Below, one piece after another: positions 1 through 9,027 of a DNA stretch of 48,716 nt; positions within the stretch are counted from its first letter, which is position 1; every line of letters begins with the position of its first letter. The stretch covers positions 1-48,716 of the IMG/VR virus record IMGVR_UViG_3300017774_007358; one strand, written 5' to 3'. A program made the translations under genes and the position numbers. The DNA comes from a virus (Duplodnaviria > Caudoviricetes). The notes below the pieces were generated by a model that did not search any database, was not told the DNA's origin, and saw nothing but the letters and a program-made list of their open reading frames with translations.

Positions 1-728
1 GGATCAAATGCAGTTACAAAAATTTCATAATCCTTCCCCGGTTCCATTTTAGTTAAATCCAATTCTTTTTCCAGTTTTCCGGAATTTCTAAGACTGTTTC
101 TGGTAAATAAAAATCTAACTAGCCTTCTTTGGTCGTCTGTTAATTTTCCTTTTTGAAAATCAGGATCATCTCCCTCGTATTCCAATCCTTTCCCTGTTAC
201 ATTAGTCCCGACATTTCCTAGGAAAGGTAATCCGCCTAATTCATTTAGGGATTCTAACCTTTCTTTTTCGTTTAAAAAATCTGAATATGTAGATATTTTT
301 CTTTCTTTTTCTTCGGTCTCTTCGGATTCACTAGTCCAATCACCTGAACCTTTATCATATTTTCTACCCGTACTCTTCAAGTATTTTTCAAATTCGTTGG
401 CAGGACAATACCATTGAAAATCTTCAAGGTCTATTTCCATACCAGATTCTTTTACTATATCAGGGGTAAGTTCTATAAATCCTAAATTTCCCCCTCTTTT
501 TATTATACCTGATTTATCTGGGGAAGTTAGGAATAAAATAGAATTGTGGGATCCCATTATGTCGGTAGCATCCGGATTTTCTGCATTCTTATCTGGGTCG
601 TTTTTTTCCTCCGCCGGATCTTCTTTTGGACCTCTTTCACCGGTTCCGCCATTCTCGTATAATTTGGTTATTTTCCTCCCATTATACATGTAGGATAAAA
701 GAGATTCTTTAACTGATTCTTTTTTCAT
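1..728 (-). CDS. Hypothetical protein, runs off window start; putative head-internal processed protein
   Basis: Not in ORF track. ATG at 728 follows the stop of the upstream gene and reads open to position 1 (MKKESVKESLLSYMYNGEKITKLYENGG...KISTYSDFLNEKERLESLNELGG...). GATATATA motif upstream at 784-791. Several (L/I/V)-x-E sites. Confidence 0.75.
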   Translation of the reverse strand, partial: MKKESVKESLLSYMYNGRKITKLYENGGTGERGPKEDPAEEKNDPDKNAENPDATDIMGSHNSILFLTSPDKSGIIKRGGNLGFIELTPDIVKESGMEIDLEDFQWYCPANEFEKYLKSTGRKYDKGSGDWTSESEETEEKERKISTYSDFLNEKERLESLNELGGLPFLGNVGTNVTGKGLEYEGDDPDFQKGKLTDDQRRLVRFLFTRNSLRNSGKLEKELDLTKMEPGKDYEIFVTAFD

Positions 729-729
729 A

Positions 730-1518
730 TTAGTCATTAAATATTTTGTCGTAAGACTTTGTTATGATGTTTATAATTTTTTCTATATATCCTGTATTCC
801 TTAGCTTTTTAAAGGTTAAATTTCCTATTGAAAATTCTCCTTTCTTTCTAAGAGATTCCGTTCTCATTTTTTGTATTTTTTCCTTGATAGTTTTTGCTCT
901 TTTGTAGAGTTCTTTTGCGCCAAAAGGAATTTTAGTTCCGAACAAAAGTCTAGTTTCCAGTTCATCTATTTCATAAACATAGCCAAGGTATTTTCTTTCT
1001 AGCTCGATCTCATCTACATAGGGAACTTCGTATTTTGGATGTTTTATCCAATTATTATTTATTAAAGAATAAGTTGCTGTCGAAGCATCTGGATCATCTA
1101 AGCTTTGTAAAAATAATTCGACATCATACCCTTTTATTTTTATATCATGTCTAAGATTCCATCTAAATCTTATTCCTTGTATGGCTTCATTTAGGATTTT
1201 TGGATGTTCATCATCTATTCCTTTTAGGTCCATAATAACATGTACATCAAAATCTGAAAATTCGGTGTAATTGTAATTAGCTAGGGATCCAGTAAGAATT
1301 ATATCTTTATATTCTCTTTCACCGAATATCTCTTCAAATTTACTAAAGAAATCTTCTCCTATATCTAATAATTTTTTTCTTATTGGTTCATCAAGAGTCC
1401 ATTGGGATTTTCCTTTTATTACTTCTCTAGACCATACATCTGGATTAAGCTCATCGCTATAAAAAGAACTTATTCTACCCTCAGTTATATAATTATCAAT
1501 TTTTATAATGTTTTTCAC
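730..1518 (-). CDS. Pol-beta-superfamily nucleotidyltransferase
   Basis: GS-x-DxD signature TGSLANYNYTEFSDFDVH, probable third carboxylate in VELFLQ, helical C-terminus. GTG start. Confidence 0.75.
   Translation of the reverse strand: MKNIIKIDNYITEGRISSFYSDELNPDVWSREVIKGKSQWTLDEPIRKKLLDIGEDFFSKFEEIFGEREYKDIILTGSLANYNYTEFSDFDVHVIMDLKGIDDEHPKILNEAIQGIRFRWNLRHDIKIKGYDVELFLQSLDDPDASTATYSLINNNWIKHPKYEVPYVDEIELERKYLGYVYEIDELETRLLFGTKIPFGAKELYKRAKTIKEKIQKMRTESLRKKGEFSIGNLTFKKLRNTGYIEKIINIITKSYDKIFND
784..791 (-). promoter_or_regulatory. Putative late promoter GATATATA
   Basis: Recurrent octamer, here about 55 nt upstream of the ATG at 728. Confidence 0.45.
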
Positions 1519-1539
1519 CCTTTGGATTTTTTTATATTG

Positions 1540-1547
1540 TATATATC
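1540..1547 (-). promoter_or_regulatory. Putative late promoter GATATATA
   Basis: Intergenic, just upstream of the nucleotidyltransferase start. Confidence 0.6.
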
Positions 1548-1563
1548 AATATAAAATAGAGGT

Positions 1564-2268
1564 TTATTCTACGGATACCGCCAATAAAACTTCTATAACA
1601 GAATCAACGTCTAATTCGCAGTACCTTTTTATTTTATCTAAATCTTTTTCTGTCCAATATGAATAATTAACTTTTGCACCTTCCATTTCGGTCTTAGGAG
1701 ATTCTACACCAAGACTACATGTCAAAAGCTCTAGACCTAAATATCTTCCTTGCATATAATTCCCAAAAGAAAATAATTCAGTTGTATCTAAAATATTTAT
1801 TTCCCATGGTTTTTTATTAGATACCATAAGACTTGGCGGGGGTGTAATTTTATTGTATATCATTCTTTTTCCTAGATAAGGAACATCGAATGATTTTACA
1901 TTGTGGCCGCACATTTTAAATCCTTTATGCTCTGTGTTTATTAGAATCTTTTTACAGCTTTCGAGTATTTCAAGTTCATTATGGGAACAAAAACTTACAA
2001 ATCTTTTTTCGCCGCTGTCTTCTAGAACACCAAAAGAAGCACATAGTATTCTACCAAATTCAGGTTCTAATGGAGATTTATCCATGTATATTTCATTAGA
2101 GGTAGAATCTTTTAGCTCAGAATAAGACTTCCTATAATAATCCTCTCTTTTTTTCCAACAATCATGCAATCTAGGATTATACTCTTTCAATTCATCCAAA
2201 GAAGAGAACTGGGAAACCGTTTCTAAATCGAAATATAGCAATTTATTAAGTTCAGATTTTTTTATCAT
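1564..2268 (-). CDS. Stand-alone DEDD 3'-5' exonuclease (PolB-exonuclease-like)
   Basis: ExoI YFDLETV, ExoII GHNVKSFDVPYL, ExoIII YCELDV. Confidence 0.85.
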   Translation of the reverse strand: MIKKSELNKLLYFDLETVSQFSSLDELKEYNPRLHDCWKKREDYYRKSYSELKDSTSNEIYMDKSPLEPEFGRILCASFGVLEDSGEKRFVSFCSHNELEILESCKKILINTEHKGFKMCGHNVKSFDVPYLGKRMIYNKITPPPSLMVSNKKPWEINILDTTELFSFGNYMQGRYLGLELLTCSLGVESPKTEMEGAKVNYSYWTEKDLDKIKRYCELDVDSVIEVLLAVSVE

Positions 2269-3167
2269 TTTTTCTTTTTATTTTTCTTGGTAAAAATTAT
2301 AGGGCCTAGAGATAAATATTCTCTAGAATATTTTAAACATGATTCTTCTTTATTTTTAACTTCTAAGACTATATTAAGATCAAGGCCAAAAGTTGGTATT
2401 CTATTTGTTAGATAATCAGAAGGCAAAGGGGATACGAAATTTCCATCCGTGTCTCTTTCCCTAGATTCAGAATGTATGAATATTGGGGTCTTTCCTTTCC
2501 AGGTAGAATTGGATAAGAATATAGATTCCCTAGCAGTCAATCCCCCATTATTAAATATATGGCCTATAAATCTGAATGTTATAGGGATTTGGGTTTCGTA
2601 ATAAATTCCGGAAAGAAGATCGGTAACTGAAAATAAACTAGGTTTATCATCATTTGTTACAGTAAGCTTTAGTGTAGTTTCGATATTCAATTCAGAAATC
2701 CTAGAGCAGAAAGATTTCATAGTTTCTTTTCTATTCCCATAAGCGGATCCAATCCTAACTATTATAGAAGGATAATCTATTCCTATAGAATCAAATATAG
2801 AAGAAATAGAATTTAGGAGAGAAATTGTTTTATCTTTAATGTCCTCCATCTGGGAAGCTAAAAAATATTCCTTTGAGCAATAGAAAAATAGTTTAGAAGA
2901 ATGGATAATTATAATTTTATTTATTCCATTTAAAAGATCTCCTATCTCTTGTGATTCTTCATCTATAGTATCGCTAAAGAATTCTTCAGAAAATTCTATT
3001 TCTGAAGAATCTATACAAAAATTCTTTATCCCTTTTTTTGTATTTTCTAATAAAGATCTGTATATAAGCTCTAAGAAATCTTTTTTGGAGCTTATATAAT
3101 ATTTAGAATTATTAAAAGAAAGGGGAAATCCAAGATAAGTTATTTCCGAAAATCCAATATTATTCAT
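2265..3167 (-). CDS. UvsE/UVDE-like TIM-barrel protein, probably catalytically degenerate
   Basis: UVDE-like segments GSAYGNRKET, TNDDKPSLFSVTDL, STW..TPIFIHSESR, SDY, LEVKNKE; several His/Glu/Asp ligand positions substituted. Confidence 0.65.
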   Translation of the reverse strand: MNNIGFSEITYLGFPLSFNNSKYYISSKKDFLELIYRSLLENTKKGIKNFCIDSSEIEFSEEFFSDTIDEESQEIGDLLNGINKIIIIHSSKLFFYCSKEYFLASQMEDIKDKTISLLNSISSIFDSIGIDYPSIIVRIGSAYGNRKETMKSFCSRISELNIETTLKLTVTNDDKPSLFSVTDLLSGIYYETQIPITFRFIGHIFNNGGLTARESIFLSNSTWKGKTPIFIHSESRERDTDGNFVSPLPSDYLTNRIPTFGLDLNIVLEVKNKEESCLKYSREYLSLGPIIFTKKNKKKK

Positions 3168-3211
3168 TTAGTCTTTCTTCTTTCTAGAAGAAAATAAAGA
3201 AATAGTTTCTG

Positions 3212-3706
3212 CTATCCTCCTACTGTTTCGAGACCTAATTGATTAGACGTATAGACCGAATCTGAATTGTATTTTTTAGGAACAGGCTGATTTGCTCCAT
3301 CCTTAGAATCTATTTCGATATGTCCGTGATTCCCTCCTGGTGCAAATTTAATACTATCCGATTTTATTTCTATAACTCTTTCCGTCTTTTTACCTTTATT
3401 ATAAACTTGTATAAAATATCTATACTCTCTATTATCCGGGGTTCTAAAAGATCTTACTATTACACCGTTATATTTTTTATCATCTTTGTTATTTAGGGAT
3501 TTTCCTATTACTGCATCACCTATTTGAAAATTAGCTCCTTTTACATTATTTGGAATATTTGGATCTCTTCCTACCGAGACTGATAAATCATCAAAAGGTT
3601 TGTAGTTTATTTTAAGAATGCCATTAGCTCCTCCGAAGCCATACGTGTCTCCGTAAGCATTATCTCCCCCGCCAAAATCTTCGTATATAGATTTAAGATG
3701 TTTCAT
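3212..3706 (-). CDS. Hypothetical virion-associated protein with SH3/KOW-like segment
   Basis: Capsid-targeting-like N-terminus MKHLKSIYE; FQIGDAVIG beta-barrel-like motif; GATATATA upstream. Confidence 0.6.
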   Translation of the reverse strand: MKHLKSIYEDFGGGDNAYGDTYGFGGANGILKINYKPFDDLSVSVGRDPNIPNNVKGANFQIGDAVIGKSLNNKDDKKYNGVIVRSFRTPDNREYRYFIQVYNKGKKTERVIEIKSDSIKFAPGGNHGHIEIDSKDGANQPVPKKYNSDSVYTSNQLGLETVGG

Positions 3707-3710
3707 TAAC

Positions 3711-4253
3711 TTATATATCTTTTTTTTCTTTTGATTCGCTGTTATGAATTTTAATTACATCTCTTATCTTTGATGCCAGCTCATAATTTTCAGAATCTAT
3801 AGCTTTTTTTAGCATATTATCCAGTCTATCAAAATCATTTTCCTCTATCTTATAATCTAATTTTCCCATAACATTAGATAGACAAATTCTCTGAGGAGAA
3901 TATATAACTTCAATCGATGATCCTATTTGGGCTTCAATCCCATCATCTTCTTCTTCCTCTTCTTCCCCACCATACATATCTAAATCCCATTCACTATTAA
4001 ACCAGAATATAACCCAAGGTCCATAAACTAATTCGCTTATGTCATTATCTACAGCATATTTAAGAAGGGTTTTTAATTCTGCTTTATAGTCATTTTTAGA
4101 TATTTCTTCCCCGTGATTTTTCTTTTTCATTCCTGGAATAGCGGTAACTCCCTCACCTACCCCGAATTTAAATATCTTTCCTGCACTACATATAGAATCC
4201 CAATCTAAGCTAGATACAGTTTTTTCTATTAATTTTGAATTGTCTTTATTCAT
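3711..4253 (-). CDS. Hypothetical protein with C-terminal UVR (UvrB/C) domain
   Basis: LDNMLKKAIDSENYELASKIRDVI fits the UVR coiled-coil consensus; acidic tract EEEEEEDD. Confidence 0.7.
   Translation of the reverse strand: MNKDNSKLIEKTVSSLDWDSICSAGKIFKFGVGEGVTAIPGMKKKNHGEEISKNDYKAELKTLLKYAVDNDISELVYGPWVIFWFNSEWDLDMYGGEEEEEEDDGIEAQIGSSIEVIYSPQRICLSNVMGKLDYKIEENDFDRLDNMLKKAIDSENYELASKIRDVIKIHNSESKEKKDI
3712..3719 (-). promoter_or_regulatory. Putative late promoter GATATATA
   Basis: Immediately upstream of the ATG at 3706. Confidence 0.55.
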
Positions 4254-4256
4254 AGA

Positions 4257-4670
4257 TTAATTTTTAATTCCTATCTGTTCACTAACATTTTTTACCCATT
4301 CTTCATACTTTTTAGGGTAGAAGGCTTTTAAATCGGAAAGATCCCTTTTAGACATTTCATATTTCTCTCTTAAAAGGCATTCAACTTCGGAATAATCTTT
4401 TTTGGATTCTGTCTTTAAGGACTCTTTCTTCTTAGTCTTTGTATATATCCAATAAGGAGGTTTGGTATATAGATTTATAAGGGTTCCATGCCACCAATCT
4501 ATTACAGAAGAAGGGTTAATTTTTAAATGATTAAATTGATTTGCCTGAATGGGGAAATTTATAGACATGATTCTATTAATCATAAAGAAATTTCTTGCTT
4601 TGTCATTTTTACCGACATCATCCCATTTTTTATCGGAAAACATTTTTTTAATTATATCGAATAACTGCAT
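4257..4670 (-). CDS. Putative clamp-loader small subunit (T4 gp62-like)
   Basis: FFMINRIMS motif, basic W-x-x-x-K-x-KKK segment and size resemble gp62; gp44-like gene nearby. Confidence 0.55.
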   Translation of the reverse strand: MQLFDIIKKMFSDKKWDDVGKNDKARNFFMINRIMSINFPIQANQFNHLKINPSSVIDWWHGTLINLYTKPPYWIYTKTKKKESLKTESKKDYSEVECLLREKYEMSKRDLSDLKAFYPKKYEEWVKNVSEQIGIKN

Positions 4671-4675
4671 ATTAA

Positions 4676-5815
4676 TTAGGAATTAAATAAAGAAAATGGA
4701 TCGAATTGTTTAGGCGTTTGATCTACCGATATCCATTCGGTACCTTCTAATATTTTTATTCTGTCTATTGTTATATTCCTTTTAGGCATTTCTGTTCCCC
4801 TTATTATTTCTTTTTCCATCTCTTGGGTAACATACTCCGGAATCATTTCAGAATTTAACCACATCAGATTGAAATTTCTTATCAGATTTTTTATAACTTT
4901 TTCTCTATTTTCTGACGAGTCGACATCTTTAGAAGCTCTAAGAATAAAACCAGATATCCAATCTAAAAATTCTGGGTCCTCTATTATATCAATAATTTCT
5001 TTAGAGTACCATTCAGATTCTATAAAAGATTCCATGATAATATCTGCTTTCTTTTGACTGAAAGTTTGGGTTCTTTCCCCTTTTTTAATATTCCAAACAC
5101 TAGGAACACAATCCCCTTTATCCCCAACCAGAACTTTATTGAATATAAATTTTTTATCTTCGATTTCTATTAATTCTATTTTATTTAATAGATTAGACAT
5201 TTTTTCTTTATCCGAATCTATAAAATCAGTGGTATTAAATATAGAGGCCTCCGATTTATTTTCAAGCCAAGATTCTTTCCAACCTTTAGGAATACTTAGT
5301 ATATTTCTTTTAGAATTAGTATTCCAAGTGCATGTCCAAGCATTATTTTTAATTGTTACAAGCTGGTATAAATCTTTATCCCCGGAGATTATAAAACAAT
5401 TTTCTCCTATTGAATTAAAATAATCACACCAGTACAATAGAAGATCGTCTCCTTCTGCTCCTTCTACCTTAGAGTAGATAAATCCCATTTTCTCTAAATG
5501 CTTTCCGAATTCCTGAAGGAGATCGAAGAATATAGTCCAATCTACTTTTTCGTCTTTTACTCTATTCGATTTATATCCCCCATCCTCTATTTCAATTTTC
5601 TTTCTCCAGCTCCTACTGTCTGCAGTAAAGATAAGTCTACCCCCTGTCGGAAGATCTCTTAGCGAAGAACAAAGATCAGTAGCTATTTTTCTTATAAATA
5701 GGGATCTGTCTTTTTTATCAGATAAAGTTTTACCTGGATCTATATTAGTGTATCCTGCAAATACTCCAAAAGTTTTGTGGAAAATATAATTCCCATCTAT
5801 GCATATATTAACCAT
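4676..5815 (-). CDS. rnh: 5'-3' exonuclease / RNase H (T4 rnh, FEN-like)
   Basis: IDGNY, DSRSWRK, EGDD, SGDKDLYQL and GDKGDCVP motifs. Confidence 0.85.
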   Translation of the reverse strand: MVNICIDGNYIFHKTFGVFAGYTNIDPGKTLSDKKDRSLFIRKIATDLCSSLRDLPTGGRLIFTADSRSWRKKIEIEDGGYKSNRVKDEKVDWTIFFDLLQEFGKHLEKMGFIYSKVEGAEGDDLLLYWCDYFNSIGENCFIISGDKDLYQLVTIKNNAWTCTWNTNSKRNILSIPKGWKESWLENKSEASIFNTTDFIDSDKEKMSNLLNKIELIEIEDKKFIFNKVLVGDKGDCVPSVWNIKKGERTQTFSQKKADIIMESFIESEWYSKEIIDIIEDPEFLDWISGFILRASKDVDSSENREKVIKNLIRNFNLMWLNSEMIPEYVTQEMEKEIIRGTEMPKRNITIDRIKILEGTEWISVDQTPKQFDPFSLFNS

Positions 5816-5836
5816 GTTTATTAGTGTTTATTTTTA

Positions 5837-5865
5837 GTTATAGAAAGAAATTCCTATAATATTTC
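5837..5865 (-). promoter_or_regulatory. Putative middle promoter GAAAT-N18-TATAAC
   Basis: Same bipartite layout as at 17318, 33196, 41383 and 42338. Confidence 0.45.
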
Positions 5866-5867
5866 TT

Positions 5868-6380
5868 TTATTTAGAAAGATTACCCAGGAGAGAAATTAA
5901 ATTTTCTTTATCATTTTCTTCTGAATTATTTACGATAAAATCAAAATCATCAAAATCTCCGAAATCTTTCTCGTCTGCTTTAATTCTTCTTTCTACGTCA
6001 TCAGCATCCCTTCTTTCAAGTAATCTATTTCTTCTTGTCTCCTCGTTTGCTTCTATATAGATAACAACGGAATTTTTTCTGTCTTCTTTTTTAAGTGAGG
6101 AGATTCCTTTAGGTGTCATTATAAAAAGATTAGATTTTTTAAATTCGGTTTTAGGAGTTCCATAAAACCACCCGTTAAAATAAACGCTCTCGTAAAGATC
6201 TTTTTTTGCAGGTATATTTTTTTCCTCTATGAAAAAATAATCTTTACCATTTTCTTCATTTTCTCTTATAGGTCTGGTAGTATAGGATCTACAATAGGTA
6301 AATCCATAATCTTCCATAATTTTTCTAAGATAATCTTTTCCTGATCCTCCTTTTCCCGATATGATTATTCTTTTCATCAT
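5868..6380 (-). CDS. Guanylate-kinase-like nucleoside monophosphate kinase
   Basis: P-loop GKGGSGKD, TTRPIRENEENGKDYFF, YGTP. Confidence 0.85.
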   Translation of the reverse strand: MMKRIIISGKGGSGKDYLRKIMEDYGFTYCRSYTTRPIRENEENGKDYFFIEEKNIPAKKDLYESVYFNGWFYGTPKTEFKKSNLFIMTPKGISSLKKEDRKNSVVIYIEANEETRRNRLLERRDADDVERRIKADEKDFGDFDDFDFIVNNSEENDKENLISLLGNLSK

Positions 6381-7321
6381 TCTATTAATTTTTGTATGCT
6401 ACAGAATAGAGAAAGAAGAGAAATCATAGGATCTATAACCTGAACCCTCTGTGCTTGGTGACTTGCAACTAAAATTATAACTGCTGGGATTATTCGAGAT
6501 AATTCTGGTCTATTCCCGATTATCCAATCTATAAACTCATTACCTAAAGCAGACATTATATCATCAACTTTACCTGAATATTCTCCTACCATTATTTGAT
6601 AGTTTTTTACAGGATCTTTAGATTCCACTATCATTTTATATAGGTCCTCGTACGACCAGCCAAATTCTTTTATCTTTTGTGAATCTACTTCTTTTACACC
6701 CTCTATCATCCACGTCTGTATTCTATTGAGTGCAGATCTAAAATCAGGATAATAATTTTTTTGGAAGGTTTCTAATGAATCATCATCTATAGAAATTCCT
6801 ATCTTACCTAAGATTATTTTAATTCTGCTCTTCCATTCATCTTTTAAAGCTGTTTCTTCTGAGCTGTCTATTGGATTAAAATCTATAACCTCGAATCTAC
6901 TTTGAATAGCTTCAGGAATCTTATTCATGTAATTGCAAGTAGCTACGAATCTAGTATTGCTAGCAAATTTTTCTATTGTTCCTCTAAGAGCTTTATAAAA
7001 TTGGTCAGAAGCTCCATCAAACTCATCCAATACCACTATCTTCTTAGATGATTTTCCATCTAATACAGACATACTAGAACAAAATTCATTTATTTTATTT
7101 CTAATTGTATCTACCGAGCTCTCATCAGAAACATTAATAAACAAATGGGGAAATGGTAATGCTAATATTTTAGCTAATGTGGTCTTTCCGCATCCAGGGG
7201 ATCCTGAAAGCAATACGTTATGTCCTAGACCATTTAAAAAGATGTTGCTGATTCTTTGGGGAAGAATCATGTGCTTTAATTCTTTTGGTCTTAATTTTTC
7301 CGTTAATAGTTCTTGTATCAT
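6377..7321 (-). CDS. gp44: Clamp-loader AAA+ subunit (T4 gp44 / RFC-like)
   Basis: EKLRP, Walker A GSPGCGKTT, Walker B LDEFD, QSRF, PDFR. Confidence 0.9.
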   Translation of the reverse strand: MIQELLTEKLRPKELKHMILPQRISNIFLNGLGHNVLLSGSPGCGKTTLAKILALPFPHLFINVSDESSVDTIRNKINEFCSSMSVLDGKSSKKIVVLDEFDGASDQFYKALRGTIEKFASNTRFVATCNYMNKIPEAIQSRFEVIDFNPIDSSEETALKDEWKSRIKIILGKIGISIDDDSLETFQKNYYPDFRSALNRIQTWMIEGVKEVDSQKIKEFGWSYEDLYKMIVESKDPVKNYQIMVGEYSGKVDDIMSALGNEFIDWIIGNRPELSRIIPAVIILVASHQAQRVQVIDPMISLLSLFCSIQKLIE

Positions 7322-7344
7322 ATATTATTTTTATATAATACAAT

Positions 7345-7368
7345 AAAAATAGGGAAAGTTTCCCTATT
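7345..7368 (-). terminator. Intrinsic terminator after the portal genes; overlaps a GAAAC-N17-TATTAT candidate promoter of gp44
   Basis: AATAGGGAAA-C-TTTCCCTATT inverted repeat followed by Ts on the minus strand. Confidence 0.55.
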
Positions 7369-7398
7369 CTTATTAATTAGATCCTTTTTAAAAGAATC

Positions 7399-9018
7399 TT
7401 ATATAGTCACTGCTGGGGTTTCTTCTCCTTCGGCAGCTCCCGCTTCTCCTTCGGCCGCTCCTTCTTTAGATGTTTTTCCTGCTTCTTTCTCCTCTCTTTT
7501 TTTATATTCCCCATTCGTTTTAGCTTGGTCCGGAGTTATACCTAAGTACCTATTTATAAGAAATTCTTTGTCAAAATAAGAGGTTTCGGTTTCTCCGATT
7601 TTCATTTTTATTTCTCCTAGACCATTCACAAATTCTATTCTTTTAGTGAATCCCCCCATTTGAATCATTTCTTCCAGTTCACTTTCTCTGTAGTAATTTA
7701 GCCCTAATTTACTTTTGAAATTTCTATCTTTTGATAATTCAGGATGATCCAAACACATTTGGATGTAAAGGGGTTTTACCAATATCTCTTGGAATATAGA
7801 TCTAAGTCTTCTTAAAAACTTTTCGAATCTAATTTCATCCCTTTGCATTTGATCTACTCCTACCTGATAATTTATAGGAGCAGAAGATCTAGAAGAAAAT
7901 CTTGCATAAGGTATCTTAGAATCCATCTTTAACTTATTAAAGAAATAAAGAACATTATCCATTACGTTAAAATCAGGGCCGCTTGGGTTTAAAGATGATA
8001 TGTCAGGAGTCTGTCCGTCCTTTTCAGGGAATAGATAATTTTTATAAAATTGAACTTTAGGCTTTCCGTTTATCGTTAATTCACCAGAATTATCATTTAT
8101 TGAAATATCTTCCTTATAGTTAGACATTATCTGTCCTAGAGTTTGTAATGCTTTCTGCTGGGATTGAGTTCCCGTAGGAATTACAAATTTAAGTCGGTAA
8201 GAAGCATTCATAACATTCCATATAATTCTGGTGTTCTCCATTATTTTTAGAATGTTATAAGATCTTATTAGTCTTTCGGCATAGCTAACTCGGGAAACAG
8301 AATTTCCTTTAGCATAAGAAATGTATATGATCTGTTCATTAGTAAGTCTTCTAGACATCTGGGGATTAGTCGGGTATTGTATCCAAAATTGTTGATAATC
8401 TTTCTCCCCTATTTTTTCAACTACCGGTTGAAGAGATGTAGGATCTAATTCTTTAAATCCTATTATTTCTTTTCCTTTATTATCGTAAATTATCTCGAAT
8501 GTTAAAAACCCATCAATTAAAAGTTGTCTAAAATATTGCCATGCCAGATTAGAATTTTGAAACCCGAACACATTGTAAAGCCTATTGTAGTGATCTGTTA
8601 TTTTGTCTAATATATTATCCTTGAGATCTATATTTAAAGTAGATGCGGTAGCAAAGAAATTTCTATCGTTATAACTTATAGATTCATCGCAAACAGTGTC
8701 TAGTATAAATTCTATTTCCCCATTAAGAGAAAATTTTCTTAAGAATTTTCTTTTCTCTAAATAATCTCTATCGAAATAAGCAATGTATTTTCTTATTTTA
8801 ACATCTTGATGGGAAAGTAGCCATTTAAAAGCATCATCTTGGGTAAATCCGGTACCTTCTGAATTAAAAAAAGAACTTTCAGTCTTACCTATAGCCTGGG
8901 AATTTCGTACAACCATATCATCATATTTCATACCGAAACTAGATATTTTTCCGAGATTCCTCATTATATTCCCCAAAGCTGATTTATTGGGTTGCTGGTA
9001 ATCTAAAAATCCTGCCAT
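7399..9018 (-). CDS. gp20: Portal protein (T4 gp20-like), paralog 2
   Basis: EIEFILDTVCDE, FRQLLIDG, KELDP, SYAERLIRSYN.L..MEN, QFYKNYLFP, KIPYARF, RDEIRFEKF..RLR..FQ. Confidence 0.85.
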   Translation of the reverse strand: MAGFLDYQQPNKSALGNIMRNLGKISSFGMKYDDMVVRNSQAIGKTESSFFNSEGTGFTQDDAFKWLLSHQDVKIRKYIAYFDRDYLEKRKFLRKFSLNGEIEFILDTVCDESISYNDRNFFATASTLNIDLKDNILDKITDHYNRLYNVFGFQNSNLAWQYFRQLLIDGFLTFEIIYDNKGKEIIGFKELDPTSLQPVVEKIGEKDYQQFWIQYPTNPQMSRRLTNEQIIYISYAKGNSVSRVSYAERLIRSYNILKIMENTRIIWNVMNASYRLKFVIPTGTQSQQKALQTLGQIMSNYKEDISINDNSGELTINGKPKVQFYKNYLFPEKDGQTPDISSLNPSGPDFNVMDNVLYFFNKLKMDSKIPYARFSSRSSAPINYQVGVDQMQRDEIRFEKFLRRLRSIFQEILVKPLYIQMCLDHPELSKDRNFKSKLGLNYYRESELEEMIQMGGFTKRIEFVNGLGEIKMKIGETETSYFDKEFLINRYLGITPDQAKTNGEYKKREEKEAGKTSKEGAAEGEAGAAEGEETPAVTI

Positions 9019-9027
9019 TTGTTTTTA

